Positions 26,991 to 35,393 of a DNA stretch of 64,000 bases are shown here, one piece after another. A program made the translations under genes and the position numbers. The notes below the pieces were generated by a model. That model did not search any database. It was not told the DNA's origin and worked only from the letters and a program-made list of their open reading frames with translations. The first letter of the stretch is position 1. Each line of letters begins with the position of its first letter. Origin of the DNA: Clostridiales bacterium (GTDB lineage: Bacteria > Bacillota > Clostridia > Oscillospirales > Oscillospiraceae); assembly GCA_012523085.1 (NCBI GenBank), contig JAAYJC010000038.1:62-64061 (forward strand). The letters run 5' to 3'.

Positions 26991-27938
26991 ATGAGAGACC
27001 GGTTTAACAGAAACATAACCTACCTGCGGCTTTCCGTGACGGACTTGTGCAACCTCAGATGCGTGTATTGTATGCCGGAGACCGGCGTGCATAAAAAGAA
27101 ACACAGCGATATCCTGTCCGTGGAGGAAATCGAGGAAATGGCCCGTGCCTGCGTCGCGTGCGGGGTCAAAAAGATCCGGGTCACAGGCGGTGAACCTCTG
27201 GTACGGCGCGGCATAGAGGATATTTGCGCGCGCCTTTCCGCGATTGACGGCGTAGAGGAGCTGTGCATGACAACAAACGGCATCCTTCTGCCGAAATACG
27301 CGCAAAAGCTCAAAAAAGCGGGCGTTTTAAGGCTCAACATCAGCTTGGATACGCTAAACGCGGAAAAGTACAGGGCGATATCGCGCGTGGGGACATTAAA
27401 GGACGCGCTCAATGGGATAGAGGCCGCAAAGCAGGCCGGATTTTCCGATTTGAAGCTGAACGTCGTGCTGATGGGCGGCATAAATGATGATGAAATCCGG
27501 GATTTTGTACGCTTTGCGGGCGAACAGAGCATCGAGGTCCGCTTCATTGAGCTGATGCCGATCGGGGAATGCCGGACTTTTGATAAAAAGCGGTTCATCG
27601 AATCAAAAAAGGTTCTTGAAGCGACGCCCGAGCTGATAGAAAAATGCACAGAAGGCGTAGCGAGGATTTACAGCATACCGGACAGCAAAGGACAAGTCGG
27701 GCTCATCAGCCCGATGAGCACCCATTTTTGCCCCGGCTGCAACAGGATCAGGATCACCGGCGACGGCAAGCTCAAGCCGTGCCTGCACTCCTCCGAAGAA
27801 ATCAGCCTGCGCGGCCTGCACGGGGAGGCGCTCAAAGAAACCATCGGGGATGCGATGCGCAACAAGCCGCAGCGCCACCATCTGGATGCGAAAACACCCA
27901 GCGAGAGCCTGAGAACAATGAACGCTATCGGAGGCTAA
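26991..27938 (+). CDS. moaA: GTP 3',8-cyclase (radical SAM)
   Basis: The CNLRCVYCMP radical-SAM cluster motif, a C-terminal CPGCNRIRITGDGKLKPCL second-cluster region, and a terminal GG. Confidence 0.95.
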   Translation: MRDRFNRNITYLRLSVTDLCNLRCVYCMPETGVHKKKHSDILSVEEIEEMARACVACGVKKIRVTGGEPLVRRGIEDICARLSAIDGVEELCMTTNGILLPKYAQKLKKAGVLRLNISLDTLNAEKYRAISRVGTLKDALNGIEAAKQAGFSDLKLNVVLMGGINDDEIRDFVRFAGEQSIEVRFIELMPIGECRTFDKKRFIESKKVLEATPELIEKCTEGVARIYSIPDSKGQVGLISPMSTHFCPGCNRIRITGDGKLKPCLHSSEEISLRGLHGEALKETIGDAMRNKPQRHHLDAKTPSESLRTMNAIGG

Positions 27939-28050
27939 AGCGTGAAACAAGTTTCACGCTACGGAAAAATCGATTTGGCCGCCGTATGCGGTGGCGGCCA
28001 TTTGCTTCGCAAAGCATCGATTTTTCCCACGTCTTGAGCGTATGCACGCT
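27939..28050 (+). repeat. Modular intergenic repeat, copy F (M1+M2 plus a degenerate M1), starting directly after the moaA stop
   Basis: AGCGTGAAACAAGTTTCACGCT, then GGAAAAATCGAT TTGGCCGCC..GGCGGCCA TTTGCttcGCAAA gc ATCGATTTTTCC, then AGCGTATGCACGCT followed by a T-rich tract. Confidence 0.75.
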
Positions 28051-28099
28051 TTTCACGCTTTTTACTTGTTTTTTTATTTGTTGGATATGGAGGTAGGGT

Positions 28100-28615
28100 A
28101 TGGGAGAGTTTACGCATTTTAACGGCGAGGGTCGGGCGAAAATGGTCGATGTGAGCAAAAAGGAACCGACGCTGCGCACGGCGACGGCGGGCGGAACGGT
28201 TTTTCTGAGCACCGGTACGTTTTTGCTTGTGATAGAGGGTAAAATGAAAAAGGGCGATGTGCTTTCAGTCGCGCAGGTGGCGGGCATTATGGCGGCAAAA
28301 CGCACCGCCGAGCTGATTCCGATGTGCCACCCGATTGCCATTACGGGCGTTGACCTATCCTTTTCACCGGACGCTCAGACAAACAGCATCGGCATTACCG
28401 CCACCGTACGCTGTAAGGGCGAAACCGGAGTGGAAATGGAAGCGCTGACAGCCGTATCGGCAGCGGCGCTGACCATCTACGATATGTGCAAGGCGGTACA
28501 GAAGGATATTGTCATTTCCGATATCCGGCTTCTATCCAAAACAGGCGGGAAGTCGGGGGATTATATAAGCTCAACAGCTAAAGCTGAGATTAAAGATAAT
28601 GCAATGGGAGGTTAA
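28100..28615 (+). CDS. moaC: Cyclic pyranopterin monophosphate synthase
   Basis: 171 aa. MVDVS.K..T.R.A, IPMCHP and GVEMEALTA motifs are typical of MoaC. Confidence 0.95.
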   Translation: MGEFTHFNGEGRAKMVDVSKKEPTLRTATAGGTVFLSTGTFLLVIEGKMKKGDVLSVAQVAGIMAAKRTAELIPMCHPIAITGVDLSFSPDAQTNSIGITATVRCKGETGVEMEALTAVSAAALTIYDMCKAVQKDIVISDIRLLSKTGGKSGDYISSTAKAEIKDNAMGG

Positions 28616-28617
28616 CC

Positions 28618-29046
28618 ATGGCCAGCGTTACAGCAGTATGCATAAGTGAAAAAAAAGGCGTTCAGAAAAAGACGGTACCGGAGATTACGGTAAAGAAAAA
28701 CCATGGCATTGAGGGGGACGCGCACGCGGGCGACTGGCACCGCCAGATCAGCCTGCTCGGAGAAGAAAGCGTCGATAAGCTGAGAGATCTGATGCCCAAT
28801 ATTCCCGCGGGCGCTTTTGCGGAAAACATTCTGACCAAAGGCTTGATTCTATATCAGCTCCCGGTCGGAACCAGACTGAGGGTCGGTGAAACACTTCTCG
28901 AGGTCACACAGATCGGGAAGGAATGTCATATGAGCTGTGAGATACGCAAAAAAACCGGTGACTGCGTGATGCCGAGAGAGGGCGTCTTCGCCATCGTTCT
29001 GGAGGAAGGGACAATCCGTCCGGGTGACGAGATAACGGTGCTCTGA
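28618..29046 (+). CDS. MOSC domain-containing protein
   Basis: 142 aa, with a beta-barrel-type sequence (..HGIEGDAHAG..RQISLL..) and a conserved Cys region (GKECHMSCEI). Confidence 0.75.
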   Translation: MASVTAVCISEKKGVQKKTVPEITVKKNHGIEGDAHAGDWHRQISLLGEESVDKLRDLMPNIPAGAFAENILTKGLILYQLPVGTRLRVGETLLEVTQIGKECHMSCEIRKKTGDCVMPREGVFAIVLEEGTIRPGDEITVL

Positions 29047-30068
29047 TGAAAAAGATACGAGTTGAAGACGCGGTCGGTCAAACCCTCTGCCATGACATCA
29101 CCGCCATATTCGCGGATGGACAAAAAGGCGCCCGGTTCAAGCGCGGCCATGTGATCACCAAAGAGGATGTCCCGGTGATGCTCGATATCGGCAAGTACCA
29201 TGTGTTCGTATGGGAACCCGGCGTTGACGAGGTGCATGAGGACGACTGCGCTATTGCCCTGACCACAGCCATATCCGGGGATAACATCGTTTTTCAAGGC
29301 CCTTCGGAGGGCAAAATGTCGCTGAGTGCCGCGATTGACGGTATGTTTTTGGTAAACCGCGAAGCGCTTAGGGCAATAAACGCCGTTGACGATTTCACGG
29401 TCGCCTGCATACCGAATCATCAAAAGGTAAAGGCGGGTGACCAACTGGCGGGCGCGCGCATCGTTCCTTTGGTTACAAAACGCCGGAACCTGGAAAAGGC
29501 ATTGGGCATCGCACGCGAGAATTTCCCGGTTTTTTCTGTTCTGCCGTTTAAGCCGCTGAAATGCGGGATCATTATCACCGGCAGCGAGGTCTATTACGGA
29601 CGCATTGAAGACAGGTTTGAGCCTGTTATGAAAAGCAAATTGGCGGCCTACGGCGCTGATATTCTGGGCTTTGTCAAATGCCCGGACGATCTTTCCGTGA
29701 TCAGCGGAGCCATAAAAGACTTTATGGATAAAGACGCCGATCTGATTTTCCTGACCGGCGGCATGTCCGTTGACCCGGACGATCTTACCCCCACGTCAAT
29801 CCGGGAAAGCGGCGCGAAGGTCGTTACGCAGGGCGTGCCGATGCAGCCCGGCAACATGCTGATGATGGCATATCTCGGCAAGACGATGTTGCTCGGCGTA
29901 CCCGGCGCTTCGATGCACTTCCCGATCACGAGCCTTGATACCTTCTTGCCGCGCATATTCGCGGGCATTGAGATCAAAAAAGAGGATATCGCCGGGCTGG
30001 GCGAGGGCGGCCTTTGCATGTGCTGCAAGGTCTGCCATTATCCTACCTGTTATTTCGGCAGAGGATAA
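29046..30068 (+). CDS. Molybdopterin-binding (MoCF-biosynthesis domain) protein, MoeA-related, with a C-terminal Cys-rich tail
   Basis: 340 aa with a GGMSVDPDDLTP MoCF_biosynth-type motif. The tail is GGLCMCCKVCHYPTCYFGRG. Confidence 0.7.
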   Translation: MKKIRVEDAVGQTLCHDITAIFADGQKGARFKRGHVITKEDVPVMLDIGKYHVFVWEPGVDEVHEDDCAIALTTAISGDNIVFQGPSEGKMSLSAAIDGMFLVNREALRAINAVDDFTVACIPNHQKVKAGDQLAGARIVPLVTKRRNLEKALGIARENFPVFSVLPFKPLKCGIIITGSEVYYGRIEDRFEPVMKSKLAAYGADILGFVKCPDDLSVISGAIKDFMDKDADLIFLTGGMSVDPDDLTPTSIRESGAKVVTQGVPMQPGNMLMMAYLGKTMLLGVPGASMHFPITSLDTFLPRIFAGIEIKKEDIAGLGEGGLCMCCKVCHYPTCYFGRG

Positions 30069-30120
30069 TGCTACAGCGCTTCAGCGCTATGCGCTGAAGC
30101 GCTGTAGCATCGATTTTTCC
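30069..30120 (+). repeat. Modular intergenic repeat, copy G (variant 19-bp hairpin plus the right arm of M2), starting directly after the stop codon
   Basis: TGCTACAGCGCTTCAGCGC-TAT-GCGCTGAAGCGCTGTAGCA, immediately followed by (A)TCGATTTTTCC. Confidence 0.6.
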
Positions 30121-30167
30121 CGGAATGGGCGTATCGGATAAATTGCTAAATGCAAGGAGGGGTGCCT

Positions 30168-30665
30168 GTGAGCAGGTACAGTGCGGCCGTCATCACGGTA
30201 AGCGACAAAAGTTATCAAGGCCAAAGGGAGGATTTAGCCGGCCCTATGGTCAGAACAATGCTGGAAGAGGCGGGCTTTGAGGTAAAATATACATCGATTG
30301 TACCCGATGAGAAAGACTTAATCGAGCGGGAGCTTATCCACACGGCGGACAGCCTTGATATTGCTTTGACCGTCGCGACCGGCGGCACGGGCTTTTCAAA
30401 GCGCGATGTGACCCCGGAGGCGACCGAATCGGTATGTCAGCGCATGACGCCCGGTATCCCGGAAGCCATGCGCTATGAAAGCTCGAAGATCACGAACCGC
30501 GCAATGCTCTCTCGCGCAGCAGCCGGCATCCGCGGCAATACGCTGATCATCAATCTGCCCGGCAGCCCAAAGGCCGCCAGGGAAAACCTTTGTGCGGTGC
30601 TCCCCGCGCTTGAGCACGGTTTGGACATGCTGCGCTCCGCCCCCCGCGACCACGAAACCGAATAA
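30168..30665 (+). CDS. mog: Molybdenum cofactor biosynthesis protein MogA/MoaB (MPT adenylyltransferase type)
   Basis: AAGGAGG, then GTG at 30168. AAVITVSDK, TGGTGFS.RD.TPEA and NLPGSP motifs. Confidence 0.85.
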   Translation: MSRYSAAVITVSDKSYQGQREDLAGPMVRTMLEEAGFEVKYTSIVPDEKDLIERELIHTADSLDIALTVATGGTGFSKRDVTPEATESVCQRMTPGIPEAMRYESSKITNRAMLSRAAAGIRGNTLIINLPGSPKAARENLCAVLPALEHGLDMLRSAPRDHETE

Positions 30666-30704
30666 TACGCTTGTGTCGCGGGTTTAAAACATAATCAGCC
30701 CAAC

Positions 30705-30751
30705 AAAAAGGGCGCCGCAAAATGCACAGGCCATTTTGCGGCGCCCTTTTT
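30705..30751. terminator. Bidirectional rho-independent terminator between convergent operons
   Basis: AAAAAGGGCGCCGCAAAATG / CATTTTGCGGCGCCCTTTTT, with A and T tracts on either side. Confidence 0.8.
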
Positions 30752-30758
30752 GAGCTGC

Positions 30759-31715
30759 TTACATAAGAAAGCCAAGGTCGATGCGGCCATTGCTGGTAAA
30801 GACATTCAGATCCTTCGTGCCGCCGCCCATATTAGACGGCAATGTGCTGCTCCCGTTGCTGGTTCGGGACTTGACGTTGAAGGTCCTCAGGCTGTCGTCA
30901 ATCTGCCCGCTGATTTTACCGTTGGAGGAAACCAGCCTGATTGATGAACCTGAAAACAGATGCTCGACATGAATGCCGCTGTTGCTGCTCTCCAGCGCAA
31001 CATTTTGCTCGGCTCTGACATTTATAGCTTCAATTTTGCCGTTGGAGGTCCGGGCGGATATCTCGCCTGCCTTCAAACCGGTAAGAGCCAGGCGTCCGTT
31101 GGCGCTTTTCAAAGAAAGCAGTTTGCCGATGGTCATGTTTTCGACGGTTATCCGGCCGTTGGAGGTCTTCAGGGCAAGACTTCCTGAAACATCAACGCCG
31201 CCGGATGAAATCGACCCGTTTGTTGTCTCCAGCGTCAGGCTCCCAAAGTATGTCTTCGGAATGCCGAGCGTAAACGGCCTGAACGCGTAGTTAAAGCCGA
31301 ACAGCCCGGACCACTTCCTGAGAATCTCGCAGCGGATGACCAGTTCTTCCGATTGGCTGAGATCGATATGATAGGCCTTGTAGCTGCTTTCATAATAGTC
31401 CAGTGTGATCAAATCGCTGTCAGAGCAGACAAGCCTTACCGGAGAATTGACATCCTTGAGAAAAATGGCGCGAACCCGGGACGCTAAATAACTGTTCTGC
31501 CTCATGTCTTTAAGTTCTGTTTGCATGGGTACCAGCGAGTTTGCAACCGATTCAACGCTCTCCATACCGGCGACCGCTTCCTTTTCACTCATGCCGTCCT
31601 CTATGCGGTCGTCAATGATTTCGGAAAAGTAGCCGATTGTGCGCTCGACCTCCTCCGGCGGCAGATTGGATATCATGCCGCGCAATTGGTTTAGAAACTC
31701 AGCCTTTGTCATCAT
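30759..31715 (-). CDS. DUF1700 (N-terminal) / DUF4097 (C-terminal beta-repeat) protein, partner of a PadR regulator
   Basis: MMTKAEFLNQLRGMISNLPPEEVERTIGYFSEIIDDRIEDGMSEKEAV is DUF1700-like. The C-terminal half is made of SNG(R/K)I... repeats typical of DUF4097. Confidence 0.75.
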   Translation of the reverse strand: MMTKAEFLNQLRGMISNLPPEEVERTIGYFSEIIDDRIEDGMSEKEAVAGMESVESVANSLVPMQTELKDMRQNSYLASRVRAIFLKDVNSPVRLVCSDSDLITLDYYESSYKAYHIDLSQSEELVIRCEILRKWSGLFGFNYAFRPFTLGIPKTYFGSLTLETTNGSISSGGVDVSGSLALKTSNGRITVENMTIGKLLSLKSANGRLALTGLKAGEISARTSNGKIEAINVRAEQNVALESSNSGIHVEHLFSGSSIRLVSSNGKISGQIDDSLRTFNVKSRTSNGSSTLPSNMGGGTKDLNVFTSNGRIDLGFLM

Positions 31716-31869
31716 AAAAACCCCCATTCTGCCGCGAAGCGGCGGCACAAATAGTCAGGAAAAATCGATTGTGCGAAACGCGATACAAGTATCGCGCCTG
31801 CAAATGGCGGCCAAATCGATTTCTTCCGTGCGTGAAAGTACATTCACAGCGTGAAAGCACTTTCACGCT
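31716..31869 (-). repeat. Modular intergenic repeat, copy B (2x M1 + M2 + M3), filling the whole PadR-DUF1700 spacer
   Basis: Minus-strand reading begins T-AGCGTGAAAGTGCTTTCACGCT, which overlaps the PadR TAG stop. It continues GTGAATGTACTTTCAC, GGAAGAAATCGAT...ATCGATTTTTCC, TGACTATTTGTGCCGCCGCTTCGCGGCAGAATGGGGG, TTTTT, ATG. Confidence 0.8.
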
Positions 31870-32182
31870 ACCCCCCGTCAATGATATAGTGATAGACATC
31901 CATTACCGTTTTCCATTCCTCTAGAAATGCTTTGATGCGCTCTTCACCGGCCTTCGTTATCCGGTAATATTTTCTGAGTCTTCCGTTGTGCTCTTTGGAA
32001 AAAACAATCAGGCATCCTCCGGATTCCAGCCGCTTCAAAATCGGATATAATGTCGATTCGGAGATTTCGATCACAGAGCTTAAATCCTTGATGATCTTGT
32101 ATCCGTAAGATTCCTCGTTTCTGAGTACGGTAAGAACACATACCTCCAATAGTCCCCGTTTCAGCTGCGGATCCATGTGCAT
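31868..32182 (-). CDS. PadR family transcriptional regulator
   Basis: 104 aa. LLEVCVLTVL..ESYGYKI...STLYPILKRLE..G is the classical PadR wHTH. Confidence 0.9.
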   Translation of the reverse strand: MHMDPQLKRGLLEVCVLTVLRNEESYGYKIIKDLSSVIEISESTLYPILKRLESGGCLIVFSKEHNGRLRKYYRITKAGEERIKAFLEEWKTVMDVYHYIIDGG

Positions 32183-32374
32183 ACCTCCCTTTGCGCAATA
32201 CTATACACCACATAGCATACTCTGTCAAGCGCAAAACGCTTTTTTACACAAGCAATTTATGCAAAAATGCGTTGTATTCATTTGTTATGGAAAAACGAAC
32301 GCATTTATGCTAGAATCGATAAAAGACGGCAACAGGTTCGGTTAAACGATAATAAAACCGGCGAGGTTATTAGC

Positions 32375-33055
32375 ATGAGGATGAGAAGAAAGAAAAATCT
32401 GAACCAGAGAATCGAGAGGGCGTCCTCCGTTCTGGTCAAAGAGCCGCAGGCAAATAAGGGGTGCTGGCGTCGGACGCTGCCCGGCTGCCGTGAGGTGTTT
32501 ATCGAGCTGGGGTGCGGAAGGGGAAAATTCACGGCAGAAACCGCACAGGCGATGCCGGACATTGCGCTCATCGCCATCGAACGGAACAAAGACGCGCTGG
32601 TTATGGCGATGGAACGCGCGCTTTCAGCCGAATTGCGAAACCTCCGGTTTGTCTGCGCGGACGTATTTTTTATAGAAGAACTGTTTGGGCCGGGAGAAAT
32701 AGACAGGATCTACATCAATTTCTGCGACCCCTGGCCGGGCAAAAGGCATGAAAAGCGAAGGCTGACGGCGCCGGCGTTTCTCACGCGCTACCGGTCCGTG
32801 CTCAGGCAAAACGGAGAAATACATTTCAAAACGGACAACCGTGAGCTTTTTGATTATACGGTTTATACCATGAAGGAAAACGGATTTTTGCTCAATATGG
32901 TATCGGAAAACCTGCATGAAAACGAGGTTAACGGCATTATGACCGATTACGAGGAGAAGTTTCACCGGGAAGGCAAACCGATTTATATGCTGACCGCGCA
33001 AAACGGCGCAGGGTCCGGCAAAGTACATACAACGATTGGGGAGGCGGCCGAATGA
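32375..33055 (+). CDS. trmB: tRNA (guanine-N7)-methyltransferase
   Basis: 226 aa from MRMRRKKN. ELGCGRG.F SAM motif, then FCDPWP and K.RH.KRRL motifs. Confidence 0.85.
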   Translation: MRMRRKKNLNQRIERASSVLVKEPQANKGCWRRTLPGCREVFIELGCGRGKFTAETAQAMPDIALIAIERNKDALVMAMERALSAELRNLRFVCADVFFIEELFGPGEIDRIYINFCDPWPGKRHEKRRLTAPAFLTRYRSVLRQNGEIHFKTDNRELFDYTVYTMKENGFLLNMVSENLHENEVNGIMTDYEEKFHREGKPIYMLTAQNGAGSGKVHTTIGEAAE

Positions 33056-33807
33056 AACTGCTGTCATGGAACGTAAACGGGCTGAGAGCCTGTGTGAAAA
33101 AAGGCTTCGGTGATTTTTTTGATGAGATCGACGCCGATATATTCTGTGTTCAGGAAACAAAGCTTCAGGAAGGCCAGATTGAGCTTTATACGCCGGAGCA
33201 TCTGCAGTATTGGAACTCCGCCGAGAAGAAGGGGTATTCCGGCACGGCGGTGTTTTCAAAATACCAGCCCGAAGCCGTAACGCTGGGGCTCGGCATTGAG
33301 GTGCATGACAAGGAAGGCAGGGTCATAACGCTCGATTACGGTGATTTCTTTCTGGTAAATGTCTATACGCCCAACACGCAGGACGCGCTGAAGCGGCTTT
33401 CGTACCGTATGATATGGGAGGACGCGTTCAGAGAATATGTGACCGGGCTTCAGCAGCAAAAACCCGTTATCATCTGCGGGGATCTGAATGTCGCGCACAA
33501 TGAAATCGATCTGAAAAACCCGAAAACAAACAGGCGCAACGCGGGTTTTACCGACGAAGAGCGCGAAAAGTTTTCGCTTCTGCTTGCGCATGGATTTACC
33601 GATACATTCAGACATCTGTATCCCGATACGACCGGGGCATATACATGGTGGTCTTATATGAATAATGCCCGAAAAAACAATGCAGGATGGCGAATCGATT
33701 ATTTCCTGACGTCCGACAAGCTGAACGCGCAGATAAAGGAAGCGACGATTTACGCCGATATTTTCGGCTCGGATCACTGTCCTGTCGGGCTTGAAATTTC
33801 ATGGTAA
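33052..33807 (+). CDS. xth: Exodeoxyribonuclease III
   Basis: MKLLSWNVNGLRA, CVQETK, GDLNVAHNEIDL and SDHCPV motifs. 4-nt overlap with trmB. Confidence 0.95.
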   Translation: MKLLSWNVNGLRACVKKGFGDFFDEIDADIFCVQETKLQEGQIELYTPEHLQYWNSAEKKGYSGTAVFSKYQPEAVTLGLGIEVHDKEGRVITLDYGDFFLVNVYTPNTQDALKRLSYRMIWEDAFREYVTGLQQQKPVIICGDLNVAHNEIDLKNPKTNRRNAGFTDEEREKFSLLLAHGFTDTFRHLYPDTTGAYTWWSYMNNARKNNAGWRIDYFLTSDKLNAQIKEATIYADIFGSDHCPVGLEISW

Positions 33808-34772
33808 GCATCGGCGGGGTAAAGATCCGGGGCCGGCTTGTCCTTGCACCGATGGCCGGAGTCACCGATTTTGCTTTCAGGATCGTCTGCAGGCAGCAGG
33901 GGGCGGCGCTGGCCTATACCGAAATGGTCAGCGCGAAGGCGCTGGTGTATAAGGACGCGAAAACAAAATCGCTTTTGATGCGCGATGAAAATGACGCGCC
34001 GCTTTGCGCGCAGATTTTCGGCAGCGAGCCCGACACGATGGCCGAGGCGGCCGTATTGGCCGCCGGAATATCCGGCTGCGAAATTCTGGATATCAATATG
34101 GGTTGCCCGACGGGTAAGATCGTAAAAAACGGGGATGGTTCGGCCTTGATGCGAAACCCGCAGCTATGTGGGCGCATCATCGAAGCCGTCTGCGGGGCGG
34201 TCAGCATACCGGTGACGGTCAAAATGCGAAAAGGCTGGGACAAGAGCGAAAGTAACGCCGTCATGCTCGCTGTGATTGCCGAGGAAGCGGGCGCCGCGGC
34301 CATTACCGTCCACGGAAGGACAAGGGCTCAGCTGTATTCGGGTCAGGCGGACTGGGATATCATCGCAAAGGTAAAACAGGCCGTCAAGATCCCTGTCATC
34401 GCCAACGGCGATGTGTTTGAGCCGGAGGATGCCGTCCGGATACTGTGCCATACCGGCGCCGATCTGGTGATGATCGGACGCGGGGCTATGGGAAACCCGT
34501 GGTTATTCAGGCGCGCCGAAGCCGCTGTTAATGGAGAAGGCATTTTGCCGCTTCCGCCGCTTTCGGTCCGATTGGATACGGCAATGCGGCAGTTCAGATT
34601 GGCAGCGGAAAGAAAAGGCGAGAAAATTGCCTGCCTGGAAGCCAGGAAACACTATGCATGGTATTTGCGCGGCGTTGCGCACGCTTCATACTTCAAAAAT
34701 AAAATTGCGAAAGCGGAAACGCTCGGCGAGTTAGCGGACATAACCGAGGGGATTAAACGGGAACTGAGGTGA
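33801..34772 (+). CDS. tRNA dihydrouridine synthase (DusB-like)
   Basis: LAPMAGVTD..FR, INMGCP, HGRT and NGD motifs. 323 aa. Confidence 0.9.
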   Translation: MVSIGGVKIRGRLVLAPMAGVTDFAFRIVCRQQGAALAYTEMVSAKALVYKDAKTKSLLMRDENDAPLCAQIFGSEPDTMAEAAVLAAGISGCEILDINMGCPTGKIVKNGDGSALMRNPQLCGRIIEAVCGAVSIPVTVKMRKGWDKSESNAVMLAVIAEEAGAAAITVHGRTRAQLYSGQADWDIIAKVKQAVKIPVIANGDVFEPEDAVRILCHTGADLVMIGRGAMGNPWLFRRAEAAVNGEGILPLPPLSVRLDTAMRQFRLAAERKGEKIACLEARKHYAWYLRGVAHASYFKNKIAKAETLGELADITEGIKRELR

Positions 34773-34776
34773 AAAA

Positions 34777-35388
34777 GTGACCCGGGATAAAGAAATGCAA
34801 ATCATCCGGCGTGTTCTGGATGGCCATATAAACGACTTTGAAGCGCTTGTTCTCGATAATCAGAAAAAGGTCTATAATCTTGCGCTGAAAATGACGAAAA
34901 ACACGGAAGACGCATATGATATATCGCAGGAAGCTTTCATAAAGGCCTATAACGCGCTGAAAAATTTCCGGGGTGACAGCAGCTTCGGGGTATGGATTTA
35001 CCGGCTGACCTCAAATTTGTGTATTGACTTTCTGCGCAGGGAAAAGAAACGGAAAACATCCCCGCTGGTTTACATAAATGACTCGAACACCGAACAGGAG
35101 ATTGAGATATCGGATGTCAGCTACGAGCCTGAGGCGCTCTATGAAAAAGCGGAAATCAGGCAGGCCATAAGCGATGGGTTAGAGAAGCTTCCGGAGGATC
35201 ACAGGCAGGTTTTAATTTTGCGGGAGCTCGGCGGCCTGAGTTATGCGGAGATCGCGGAGACGCTGAATCTGGAAATCGGAACGGTGAAATCCAGGATATT
35301 CAGGGCGAGATCAAATCTTGTAAAGTATCTTTCAGCGCAAGGAAACTTTTTTTGCAAAGCATCGTCAAAAGAGAAGAAAGGAGAGTGA
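34777..35388 (+). CDS. ECF-type RNA polymerase sigma-70 family factor
   Basis: GAGGTGA RBS, then GTG. Region 2 (DAYDISQEAFIKAY) and region 4 (LSYAEIAETLNLEIGTVKSRIFRAR). Confidence 0.85.
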   Translation: MTRDKEMQIIRRVLDGHINDFEALVLDNQKKVYNLALKMTKNTEDAYDISQEAFIKAYNALKNFRGDSSFGVWIYRLTSNLCIDFLRREKKRKTSPLVYINDSNTEQEIEISDVSYEPEALYEKAEIRQAISDGLEKLPEDHRQVLILRELGGLSYAEIAETLNLEIGTVKSRIFRARSNLVKYLSAQGNFFCKASSKEKKGE

Positions 35389-35393
35389 GATGC

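Noticed and set aside
27939-27960. The M1 hairpins read as GTGAA-N6-TTCAC, which might be CRP/FNR-family protein binding sites.
   Set aside because: The core spacing is GTGA-N8-TCAC, which does not match TGTGA-N6-TCACA. The sites sit immediately after stop codons inside operons rather than at promoters, and the stem length varies between copies (up to 13 bp in copy E), which fits an RNA or DNA hairpin better. Protein binding is not excluded, only not supported.
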